From Yuukianura sp. NJ FZ-2021 (taxonomy: Eukaryota), in NCBI GenBank assembly GCA_046563655.1, contig CM102287.1:7874001-7938000 (forward strand): 64,000 nt of DNA, in the 5' to 3' direction. Positions 48,301 through 59,960 of the stretch are shown in pieces. A model generated the notes under the pieces. That model ran no database searches, was not told where the DNA came from, and saw nothing but the letters and a program-made list of their open reading frames with translations. The translations under genes were made by a program, and so were the position numbers. Within the stretch, counting starts at the first letter, position 1, and every line of letters starts with the position of its first letter.

Positions 48301-50820
48301 TTTAGGTTAGGTTTTGTCACTCCGAGGGACTTTGGCGCATATGTTATGTTTGTAAGTAGTCGTGGCAGAGGTTACATCTATTTTGTAGACGCTAGAGGAT
48401 GACCTCCGATGTCCTTCCGAGGTGAAACAACAGTTTCCCAAGACGAAACAAGTCCATTTTGAAAAGTAATTAGAGAGAGCAAGGACGAGTCAAGGCTTGT
48501 TCAAGTCAACCAATGTTGAAAGCAACCATGTTTACCATATTTTGGAAAACGCGGGTAGATTTCAAAATTCAGACCTGGGGGACTGTAAAGTGATTGTTTT
48601 TGAATGAAATGAAATCTTTGGAGATGATATTGATCCTCTCTCGGGAAAGAGGACTTTAAGGGCTCCTGGCTTTTAACTGACAGAGTTCATTCATAAACTC
48701 AGGTCTGAATAAAAATTGAGGAGGGTTTTAAGTGTCCTGAATAGTGTCAAGTGAAGTGTGATTTTGGGAGCAGAGGGCCCTTAGAGGCCCTTTCCCTCTG
48801 GTTTTGTTTGTGTGAGTTCTCTCACCTTTTCCATTACGGAAATATCTCCTCATTATTCCAGACAAGAACATCCACTTTGGCTTCTGCTGAACTTCTCGAG
48901 GAAGATGAACAGATAAAAGTAGAAGAAACAAACAACTTCCTACCCTACTACAACCAGGATGCAGCTTCAAAAAAAATTGGAGGGAAATCCAAAATTATGG
49001 ACGTCATAAGCTTATGCTTTGTCAAATTTTTGGATTTACAGAAGAAAAAACGAGTGTTTGGAGATCTGGATTTATTTTTTTAAATGATCTAAAAATTCTC
49101 TTTTTTTAAGCAAATAAGTGAGATCGGTTTTCGTTTTTCTGAATTGGCTAAATTAAATCAGTTTTTTGTTAAGTTATATTAAGTTAGCTTAGTTAACTAG
49201 TCATTTTTTAAAATTGCACCGGGCCATTGACCTCGGTCGTTGACCTCATTGGGGACAACAGGTGAATTGAGTGACCAGTGACATTAATCCCATGTCCAAT
49301 GTCGCCTGCTCTACTGATTTTCAGAGTTGGGGATTCTCCAACGGTCAAAAGACGCCAGGCGAGACATGGACTCTAGTTTTTAAAAAACAAAAATTCGGAC
49401 AAGGTTGGGAAAAAACTTTTTACTTTCACTCCAATTTTAGCCACTTTTTCTAAAATTGGACTAAAGTGACAGGTTGTTTTTTAGTTTTTGATTTTTCAAT
49501 AAGTTTCCCAAAGATCGGTTGTTCTGATTGTGTCGCTCATTTGTTCAGTTAAAAAGTAAAGTCATGTCACGGGTCAAGCTTTTTGGCAGGTCAATTGTTT
49601 AGTACAGTACCCCGAAATGGGTTAAGTACCTTGTCCCATTTGTTTTCCCTCTTGTTTGTATTTGTACACTTCTGGAAAAGCAAAGTGGTGTTGGGTGTTC
49701 TTGTTAGGGAGTTTGTACATTTCCTAATTAATATTTTCTTCACACCTTCCCTGATTTCTCAACTTGAGCAAGGTCAACAATTGATTCACCAGTGGCCAAT
49801 GACTCTTCAAATGGAAAGTTTCCACAAAACGCCTCAAGCGTCCTGCTTATAGCCTACGTGCGCAGGCGTCGTCGTGTTTGACGCAGATCAATTCCCGTGA
49901 ACCCTGAATCCAAGTTCTGAACCACGTTTACTGAATGAAAGTCTAACCTAAACTCAAAATGGCACAGAATCGTCTAAGTTAGGGACCGGGGGACCCTTCA
50001 AGTTAGGGGGTACTTATTTGTTTGTTGGTGACAGGAAGGTCCTTGTCCCTTTTGTCTTACCTTTGCTTAATTGAAGAGGCTGGTGACTGTTTCTGGAGGA
50101 TTGAATGAGGCAAAATGGCGATAAGTAAGGCACAGCCTCTTCACCTGTCGTGTCTCCTAATTAGTAAAAGCGACACTTCCTTACACCTATTCACTCAGTC
50201 TTACGATTTGACTCCTCAAAACAACACTTGACATGAAGTACTTCGATTTATAAGTAGTTGAAGTAAAGATTTTTAAAAAATTGACTTTTTCAAACAGAAA
50301 ATTTGAAGTCAACTGCAGGTCAAAGTCTACTTCCATTCACAAAAACGCACCGGAAGCGGTTCACCCATAATCAAAATCATCCAAGGTAACATGACATTGT
50401 TTGCGATTGTATCGAGTTTCTACGATTTCAAAAAAAATTGACAAAGTAAATGCAAAAAAATGACAAAATTTCAAAAATGTGGCATCACATTGTAAATTCA
50501 TCAACTTTACGGAAGTCAGCGTCTGACTTTCAAAAACTTTGAAAATTTAAATACCGGTTTGAAATCCAAAAATAGGACACTAGGAAGTTTAGCTAAACGG
50601 CACGTGGACCCTTAAGAAAAGTCATATTTGTCCACTATTTGTTTAAGGGCCCACCACCTTACGGTACTTTTACTTTTTCTGACAGATTGATTTGTTTTCC
50701 AGGTATTGTTTTGGAGGTGAGAGTCCTTTGCAACATCGCAGCCACCGACAACGACTCACCGGGAGACCAATAAAACTACAAACCCGCCCACCGCTGTCCT
50801 TCACTGACGTTTCACAAGTC

Positions 50821-53573
50821 ATGGCCATGTGTGACATCAAAGGAGGGCCAATCAGAGCCCTTGAAGGGGACCTCGACCTGCCTAGTCAAGGTGACCGCAC
50901 TTCGCCAAGACACAGTAACTCCGGAGAGTCCTTGAGAAAAACACCACCGTCGAACTTTACCGAACTGCACGGACCGAATCTGCCCGGGATCTACTGTGAC
51001 TCGACTTCAACTCCCGGATCGGCCAGAGGTCACTCTGAATCATTTGACCACCCAGACCGCTTCGGGCAGCCAATCGGAAGCGAATTGGGTGGAATTGGCC
51101 AGCCAATGGGCTCTTCGACGCCGCTCGCCTCGTCTTCCAGTGCCATGTTGCCAAGCTTTTCGGACTATGCAGCAGGTTTGCCTATGTCTGGAAACGGAAG
51201 TTACGCTGGTCAGCATCATCAGGTTGGAGGACTCAGTAACATCATGAACATTTGTTGGGAACAGGCCAATTTGAATGACCTCGATGACCCGGCGTTGCAT
51301 GTTACGCCAAAAACAGAAGCGATGGATAGATATTCCGGAAGTTATTTGCCGATTTACGCAAGTGGCAACCATGGAAGTCCGAATTCTCCGGACCGAATAG
51401 GAAGTCAAGACGAAGCGATGTACTCTGCCTGGATTGGTCAACCGCCGGGGTCTACCGGAAGCTTAGATCAAACCAAAGGTCAACAGCAACCGACTTCATC
51501 TTCTCATGGTAAGCGTTTTGTGTTAAAAAAAATTCCTGGTACAGCAGTTAACGTCGGACAAAAAATTTCATGCTTAAAATATGGAGATTAAAGATGAAGA
51601 AAGTTTGCATTGTGTTTTCGACCTTCAAATGCATAAGTTGCATTTTTTTTCGTTTTGGAAAATTCGGGTTTTCAAAAGTTACGTTCGAAATTTATATTAT
51701 TTTTTGAAACACTGACAGTATAGTGCACAATAATTATCTTGTTTTGTACCTACATTGGAAATAGAGAGAGTGATAACTTGGAGTAAACACTTTCTTGATA
51801 GGAAAATGTAAGATCTACACATGAGAAAATTTCCTAATTTGTTGTGTATCTTTTCCAACGTTATTCCATGATTCAGTTTTTCCTCATCTTAGCCTAGTGT
51901 CACTGTTGAAATTACTTTGTTGCGTGATTTGGCTATAGAGAAGGGGGCGGTCCCTTGAGATTTTCCTTGGTGGGTCCGTGGAAACGCGTCCCACTTGTCA
52001 ATCAAAGGAAACCAGTTATTAGTAGACTCAGGCCTTGTCATGGCGTGTGCAATATCCTCTCTGAATCATGCAATGATGCTTGGACGTCCAGTCACTCGCT
52101 ACATGGTCACTCTTAGCACTAATTACTTTCCATCTTACATCACACTTCCATGTTCTATCTTCCAGTCTCTCTATTCTTAGTCTTATCAAAATCCAGGAAT
52201 TCTAGTCCAGCATGTTCTGGAAATTGGAAAAGTTCGGGATAAGATTCAAGATTTCTTGGAAATCCTCAAATTTTAGATGAAAGCACGAAATTATTGGTCA
52301 TTTTACTTTTTGTGTTTAGTCAAGGCTTTCGTTTCAAACAACTTTCGAAATTAACTTTTCGAAATTTTGAATTTTTGAAATATTTTCAGATGGTACGGAT
52401 CATCCAACAAAGCGAGCTCGGACTGCCTACACTTCTGCGCAACTCGTAGAATTGGAAAAGGAATTCCACTATAACCGTTACCTCTGCCGTCCACGCAGAA
52501 TCGAAATGGCTGCACATCTCAACCTCTCTGAGCGACAAATCAAAATTTGGTTTCAGGTGAGCCAGATTACGATTTCGACTGAACAAGATTCTGAACATTT
52601 TAATTTAACTTGTATTTTAAATTTTGAAATTTGATTTTTTTAGAATCGACGCATGAAACATAAGAAAGAAACTAGAAATGGACCTACAGTTCCTTCTGGT
52701 TCCAAGACAAACTCACCAGGTTCGCGCTCCAGTGCGCATGCCCAGAACCAACCAGATTCACCGCCATCTCCTTCTTCCAGAAACGGCTCCCCGCCGCCAA
52801 AATGTCATCCATCTTGTTTCAAAACTGAAGATTCAAAGGCATTCCAAGGTGTGTCTTGCAGTTCAGCCTCGGTAAACAGTCCTACATCGCATGTAACGCA
52901 CTCCGTCGCGCCTTACGTCCATTACGATGACATTTCCGACGGAGTTGAACCGAATCCAAGTTCAGTCAGTCCTGTAACGTCCGTCAGCGCCGTGACGCTC
53001 CAGAATTTGAAAAATTGTCTAGCTCAATCAACTCAAAATCAAGCATATCCCCACCCACAACCAAATCATAACCTAACATATAGTCCCACTTCCTACTTTA
53101 CCCCCCACGATCCCACCTCTGTTAAACCCCCACCACCTCCGTACTACCAAAGCATTTCTAAACAATTCAATGGACATGCGGATCATTGTTCCCCGCTCAT
53201 GCCCCCGCAAGAGTTCTCTTTTGACCCATTCAACACTGCACAATTTCAGGAAGAAAGTCAAGGTCATCCGTACAACGTCTATGGAGGTCAACTGGCTGAC
53301 CCCTATGGTGCTACTGGCAATTATCCTAACAATTATTACTATGACTACTCTCCAAGTGGGCCTGGTGGGGCCGGTTTCTCAAATGGTGGGGCTGATCCAA
53401 TGTCCCACTTGTGGGGTTCGTTCCGTTCTCAAGATTTTCTTAGCCTGGGACCAACGAATGCTGGCGCTGGCAGCAGTAGCGACATGTCGTCAACCTCTCT
53501 TAGTACAAATGACTCCAACAATTACTCGTCTGACCTTGGCGAAGAAGGGGTCACGACCCTTGTCAATTTGTAG
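50821..53573 (+). CDS. Hox3: Hox3 / zen-class homeobox protein, about 594 aa; exons 50821-51508, 52390-52556, 52644-53573
   Basis: Spliced homeodomain [59 protein letters not shown] has the PG3 signatures [15 protein letters not shown] and [15 protein letters not shown] introns are 881 nt (phase 1) and 87 nt (phase 0). An acceptor TTTTCCAG ending at 50702 implies an upstream exon, so the N-terminus could extend. AATAAA at 53966-53971. Confidence 0.95.
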
Positions 53574-55316
53574 CACAGCGCATGTGTACCTTTCAAGTAG
53601 AAAAACGTGTGTAGTCTTTTAGATTTGAAAGTTAAAAACTTAGATTTTTCATGTCATTTTTTCTGTTTAGTGTCAATTAATCAAAATCATACTTTGAACC
53701 CACCTTCTCAAACTTGTTTTTTGAAACAAAACAGAACAACTTTTTGTTTTTATATAAAATGAGCACCTAGGAATTGTACCCACGGCGGTTCAAAAAGTTT
53801 TTTTCTCAAACTACTAATTTGTTACCCTCGAAATTTTTTTTGTGGGCCGCGAGTTCGAGCCCCAGCGGCCGAGTGTCTGTAGATCATTAATCAGCTTCAG
53901 ACACTTTCTATGCCTCCCAAAAGCTGACCAGGAACATGAGCAGAAGTCAGTTTGAAAACAATGAAAATAAAAATCAATTCTTCCGGGTAAAAAAAATAGT
54001 AACTTAAAAAATGGTCCAAAAAATTCAATCATTCCCAGTCCATTTCCTCACATTGAAAAACTATTTTGAGTCGTTTCCTCCAAAATCATTGAAAATTTCA
54101 AAGAATTACATTTTCAAAAAATCAAAATTTGTAAAATATGAGTTTTTAGTTACCATGAAAGATAGCGTGTCCTAAAAATGGGTAAAAATTGACACCTTTA
54201 GGACTAGAGTTCCTGAAAAGTTGGAATTCATTAAAAGTGAGTTGCAGCATTCTTGAACTAACGTTGGCTTCTCTGACAGGTTTGAAGTTGGCGGCAAAAA
54301 AAGAAAGTGAAAGTGGAGAAAGAAGAGGAGCAAATGAAACCCAGTGAATTTCTAATTTTTTGATAAGAACGAAAAATGGCATCAATCCAATTTAGTTAAG
54401 AGTGAACGAAGGGCTGCGATGCTATGCTGATGGGTTTCTGCCTTTGTGGTTTTCTTCTGCCTACTTAACTGGAAGAAGAGGAAGAGAAAAAAGTTAGATC
54501 TATTACAACTTTTCTACTTCGACTATAACCTAACAAATAGAACCTAACATCGAAAATCTAAAAAGATTTTTTTCTGCGTCTAAGAAAAGGTTTCGATAGG
54601 TTTTCAAAATGAAAAACCCGAAAAGTGAAAGATGGGAAGTTGGATTTTGGCAGAAGTGAAAGTCTGCTTTCTCCAGGCTCTTCCAGAAGAAGAGAAATGC
54701 TGGATGCTGGAGCCACCTTCTTATCAGCCACCTTCCTTCGTTGCCACCACCGTTAGTACTCGGCAGTATATCCATCAATGTGCAAATGAACCAATCAGGG
54801 ATGCAAATTCATGCAAAGAATTTAATTTCCCCTTGACACCCCCTCATTGGCACCCAAATGGGAATTTTTATAGATCTCCCTTCTCCCTAACCTAACAATT
54901 CTAACATAACCTAACCATTCTTCCAGGACTTTCCAAATATACTTTCACTTCTACTTGGATCCTAGACTTCATAGACATCCAGGAAATCTCCCTTGACTAA
55001 ATTTTTTTTTCTAAAAGCCAACTTCAGATTTCTTGGCTGCAGTTTCTTCTTTTTAAAGCGACTGAAGCTCTTCTAACGGCGCTATTAGAACATCCACCGG
55101 TGGGTTTTTCGGTAAAGTGGGTGGGGGGCTGATTTTTTGGAAAGCTGAGAGAAAAGCTTGTGGGGGGTAATTCAAAGCGATAAGGGATCTCCTGTTGACA
55201 TCTTAAGGGGCACGACAGCATTAAATGAGAATGTCGACGGCAATAAGGATCAATGTCACCTAGACACACATGCTTCCTTTGCATGCATCGGTAGTACTAG
55301 CATGGCACCACAACGC

Positions 55317-55330
55317 GTTACCATGACAAC
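55317..55330. promoter_or_regulatory. RFX X-box GTTACCATGACAAC
   Basis: 14-bp imperfect palindrome; its reverse complement GTTGTCATGGTAAC fits the RFX/DAF-19 X-box pattern. It lies about 200 bp upstream of the ATG at 55529. Confidence 0.65.
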
Positions 55331-55528
55331 GCTTAAATTCCATGTTTACAAATTATTGAAGCACGAAAACCACAGTTTTCAAAAACTTGAATTTTCTGAA
55401 TTCACGATTCGTCATATTTTGCATTGCTACTGCGCGGATTTCTAAATTTCTGGATGCGTGAAGGTTATAAAGCCAATTAGCCGTCGTCAACTTTCGCAGA
55501 GTCGAGATTGCGTCATTAAAATTTCGAA

Positions 55529-56758
55529 ATGGCCAGCTCGAAAGTTCGAGCATGCTTTCCATGTAAGTTGTAAATTGTGGAAGCGATGAAAAGTAAAGAA
55601 GTATTTTTTGAATGTCAAAGGTCAAATATTTTTGATATTGCAGGCATTCCTAAGAAACAGGCGCCTGTTGCCGATCCAGGGTTGGCCGTGACGGATGGAC
55701 AAGATGAGTGTTTTTGGCAAGACGGAGGTCAGATTTACTCGAAAAAACAAGTCTGCAAGGCCGTTGCAATTGTGCTGAGTGGATATGACTCCAAGACTGC
55801 TGCAAATTCCGTTGGAAAAATTTAAATTTTTTTAAAAATTCTGCAGTTTGGAAATCTGAAAGTTGTCTTATGCCTAACAGTCTAATTATGCTTTAGATTG
55901 ACGTGAGCCTTGACCCTTGTACGGTTGACCTTTGGATTCAGCTTTACCGTCCACCATTTTTCGAGGTCAGAGGTCACTGGACATCAGAAACTCAAAAAAA
56001 AAATATATGTTTTTAGTTTTTAATTATTTTTTTTTTGAAAGTTTTTTTTTGAATTTTTTAAACTTTGGTTTGTCCAGGATGGCATGGCATGTCCTCCCGC
56101 CCTGATTTTGTGGTGGATGAACGAAATTGAGCGGAAGCGGAACCTGGCTCAAGTTCCAGTGGTACAAGACACTTCCGGTGGGACTTTCAGTTTCTCTGGA
56201 CCCACCAACGCTTTCAGCATGCAGCCCAATGTCCAGAGCTCCAGTACCTTCGGAACTTCGTACATGAAGGTTCCTTTCGTAACACCCGATGGAACCGTTG
56301 TCACACAAACAGTGACCACGCCCAAAGGCCCTTCGACCACTGGAAACACAATTGTCATCTCAAGTCCAAGCGCCTCTCAGCCAAACATCAGAGTCATGTA
56401 CCAAGATTCCATTCCTGCATCGTTTGGACAAAGAACTCAAGCTCAACTGCAAAGTGGTCAACAGCAAGTACCTCAACAACAAAGTTCTCAGCCACCACAA
56501 CGCCCAAACAGCAATCCACAGATTCAGTCGATGAACTATGACTCTCTGGGAACCAAATTCCAACAGCAGTTGTCAGCACTCCAGCAACGAAGTGACGCTG
56601 AACAAGCGCTTGCAGCACTGCAGGCTCAAACGGCTGCTCTCCAAGCACAAACTGCTACAATTCGAGCTCAAAATGCAATTCAGGCTCAAAATCAAGCAGC
56701 ACAGAGTCAGGGTCAAGGTCGCCGGCCTGGCAGCGGCCCTCCGTACACAATTCTCTAA
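55529..56758 (+). CDS. Orphan non-homeobox protein, about 316 aa; exons 55529-55562, 55644-55810, 55897-55965, 56078-56758
   Basis: GT-AG introns of 81, 86 and 112 nt join in frame: MASSKVRACFPCIPKKQAPVADPGLAVTDGQDECFWQDGGQIYSKKQVCKAVAIVLSGYDSKTAANS|IDVSLDPCTVDLWIQLYRPPFFE|DGMACPPALILWWMNEIERKRNL, then a Ser/Thr/Gln-rich region and an Ala/Gln coiled-coil-like tail. The donor at 55811 (GTTGGA) is weak. Confidence 0.7.
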
Positions 56759-59700
56759 GTTTTCAAAATTGTCTAAAGTGAATTTTTCAAAATTCGGAAT
56801 TTTCTGAATCCTGAATTCCTAGTTTACAGAATTTCTAAATCTGTATGATTTCTTATTTTGGTTTTTAAAACGGAAATTTTTTGAAGTAAAACGTCATTTT
56901 CAAAATGAAGAATTCTCAATTGTATAAATTTCGACTTCCGTCAAGTTGGTCCATTCTCATTTGGATGAAGATTTTCAATTGTTCCAAAATTTGTTTTCTG
57001 TTCTAAACTACAAACTGTTGAAGAATTAGTGGCAGTTGGAAAGTGGAATTTAATTGGAGGTAAGGTGGAGAAAGGATTTGTCAGTTTCTGTGGTTGTGGA
57101 AGTGGATTAAGTCACTGCAAGTAGAGTTGGTGAAAGTGGAGAAAGTTGCAGTTTGGCTTAGTTTACGTTAGGTTTTGGACTTACAGTAAGTCTCTTATGA
57201 GTGTCTAATTCTGACAAGGGACCATAACTCCTTTGGGTTTGGAAGTGATGAATGGGCCTCAGAGTCTTCCAAGTACAAATGTACTTCTCCGCCCTCACAA
57301 ATCCACACAAAGATTTATCCCACACTTCCTTCCGCAAAGATTCTCCCTACTTCAAGAACAAACTTACACAAATCCTAACCTAACCAAAACTTATTGTCTC
57401 TTTCTGGACTTGACGACCTCAGTTTCCTTCCAGGAGACAACCAATCATCAGCATCTTGCTTCTGCCTCATCTTCCCAAGTTGTCATCGTTACCTGTTACT
57501 GAGACTCCAACTTAACTTCCTAGTCTCCTCAACCTGACATAATCCTGAAGACTCCTAACTGGAGATGCTGAGGAAAACGGAGTGTACTTGAGGACGCTAC
57601 GGGGGTTCGACATCCCGGGAAGAGCCTGATGGCACCCCTAGGACTCTTCAGTCACCCAATTGCTACCGCCACCACGGCCCTCCTCGCACCTTGCTCAATT
57701 TAACACGCTTTACAAGCGATGACAGCACAGCTTTTGCTTGTTCTAAACAAATACATCAAAACATAACAAGCCAAAAAACTAACAATTCGACAGTAAACAT
57801 GCTTCAGTTAAAGGAACCGACGCTGTACAAACAGACAAACCAAAAAGGTTTCGATTTTGGCAACTTTTTTTAAAAATCGAAACAGCACGAGGCACATTTT
57901 TTCTAAACTTTTTTGAAATTCTAATATTGAGGTTCACGGGCCTTGTCGCTTTGCAATCTGCAAAAAATAGAACACACAAAACCTGCATTTTCTCAATCCT
58001 GGCAGAGTCTCTATCCTAGCCTTGTTCTGAACAAAAGTCGAAGCTCAAGGATTTTTTTTTGAAAATCCAAAAAACGGAAAATTCAAATTCTGAGAAGCGG
58101 ATTGATAGTTTTTGTGAGGGATTTTTTGAAGATTTTTCTTCTTCATTCAGTTCTTGTTCTGTTGTGTGTGTCTATGCGGTTGTTCAGAAATCAGATCCCG
58201 TCTTCCGTTTGTTCCAAAAAAGCCGAAGAAAGAGAAGGAGAGAGGGGGTGTCTGTCTCAGGGAAAAATCATTAATCTTCTTCCCCTTCAGCACAGCGGCC
58301 TACAAGATCCACCAAAAACCGCTCCGTGCCCCACCGCCCCACCGCTGGCTCTGACTAGGTTAGGCCTAACTCCAACTGCCGCCTTTTTACTTTCCCAAAG
58401 CCTTCAATTCCTTTTTGGCTGCTTTTTCTATTGTTCCATTTCCTTTAGTCCCATTATCTTCTAAATATTTTCTAGTCCCAGTTCCTTCTTTTTAAGCACC
58501 AAAAGATTCGACCCTAGGAGAACTTAATTCTCAGAAAAAGAAAGTAAACAACGAATGTCATCTCATCACCCATTCATCTTCTCCTAAAATTTAAAAAAAG
58601 CGCGGTTCAAATGAAAAATGCTCGTCGTCTGGTTTCAACATTCGGAATTTTTAAAATTCAAATCCAATTTACTCTAAACCAAAATTGAAAATTAAATTTT
58701 CGGAGCAACAAATGACTCAAGGCAAGTCCATTTTTTTTAAAAATGTCCAGATTCTGGGATTTTCTTGATGTTGTTTTTTTTTTCGGAGGAAACGAAACTT
58801 TTTTTGGACATAATTTTGAAAAGGATTAATGTACAGAAACAGGCTGTGTTTGGGAAATGGAAGGATGAAGAGTGAAAGCATGGAGAAAGTTTACATGTCA
58901 CAAACTGGTAGAAAGTAATCATAATGATTAGTATATGGGCATTTCTGTTTTTGAAACTTTCTCTTTCAGCGGAAACCGGCCTAGCGTCTCTAGAGTTTAA
59001 TTATGCCTCTAAACTTCGAGTCCTAACATAGTTTTCTAGTTCAAATTTTGAAATGCAGAGAAAGGAAAATCTGAAAGTGGATTTTTGAATGAAACTGGAG
59101 CTAGTTCAAACTTTGAAATTTGGAAACTGAAAATGAAATGGAGAAATGGGCATTGGAGCACACAGTGAGTCATAACTTTAAACATTCCATCTGGAATGGA
59201 CAGTCCAGAACTAATGCAAACTTATTTTCTGTTACGAATTATTACAAATAGGCTATGCATATTTTGAAAATAGCTTCTAGCTCTTTACTCTTTTTTAAAA
59301 GCAAATCGCCAAAACAGAAAAGTTCAGTCGAAAAGACAGGATCTGAAACACCACGAAACGAAAATTTTCTTAAGTTGTAGAAAAAATTGCCAGTTTGCGA
59401 CAGCGCCATTAGAGTGCTTTCACTACTCGTTTTTGAAAAACAAAATTTTTGTTTTTGTTTTGAAAAAAGTGAGGGACGGGGTTTATTACTTATTTATTAT
59501 TAATGTGCTCATCCATCAAATGTTGCTTTTAAATGACAAATGGGTCCATACAGAAGTGGGAGCCCAGGTGAACTTCCTTTGTAACCATCCTGTGTAACCA
59601 CCTTGTAACCACTACATCGTTACAACGCTCGAGTATCTCAAATACCATAGCATGACCATCCCCTAGGCCAGATTTGTTAATTTCCTTTCTGTCACTTCAC

Positions 59701-59918
59701 TTCTCACGTACGTCAAGGAGCCAAACTACTAAAACTAAACTTTCAAAGAAAAAGTTTAAAAAAAGTAATTAATCACGTAAATCAATTCCTCAGGGCTGCG
59801 TGTTCAACCTGAGCCAAAACGCTTTAAAATCCCCTGCTTAATCCACAGCCACCAAAAACCACCAGTCTTGAATTTTAAGTTAAGCAGAAGAAACACGGTC
59901 ATTGGCGTTTTGATTTCC

Positions 59919-59960
59919 GTCAAACCGGTAACTTTTTCCGGTCAAACCGGTAATTTTTCC
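59919..59960 (+). repeat. Short tandem duplication GTCAAACCGGTAA(C)TTTTTCC x2
   Basis: Copies at 59919-59939 and 59941-59960. Confidence 0.7.

Noticed and set aside
51962..51973. TTT CCT TGG TGG (FPWW) in Hox3 intron 1 as a hidden hexapeptide exon
   Set aside because: It is not FPWM, has an in-frame TGA two codons upstream and lacks a convincing acceptor/donor pair.
54632..55445. ORFs 54632-54895 and 55158-55445 as extra exons of the orphan gene
   Set aside because: They lie upstream of or across the X-box and have no in-frame splice link; better explained as promoter DNA.
220..55810. Resemblance between ITIMSGYKADA (first gene) and VAIVLSGYDSKT (orphan gene)
   Set aside because: Too short; the flanking residues do not align.
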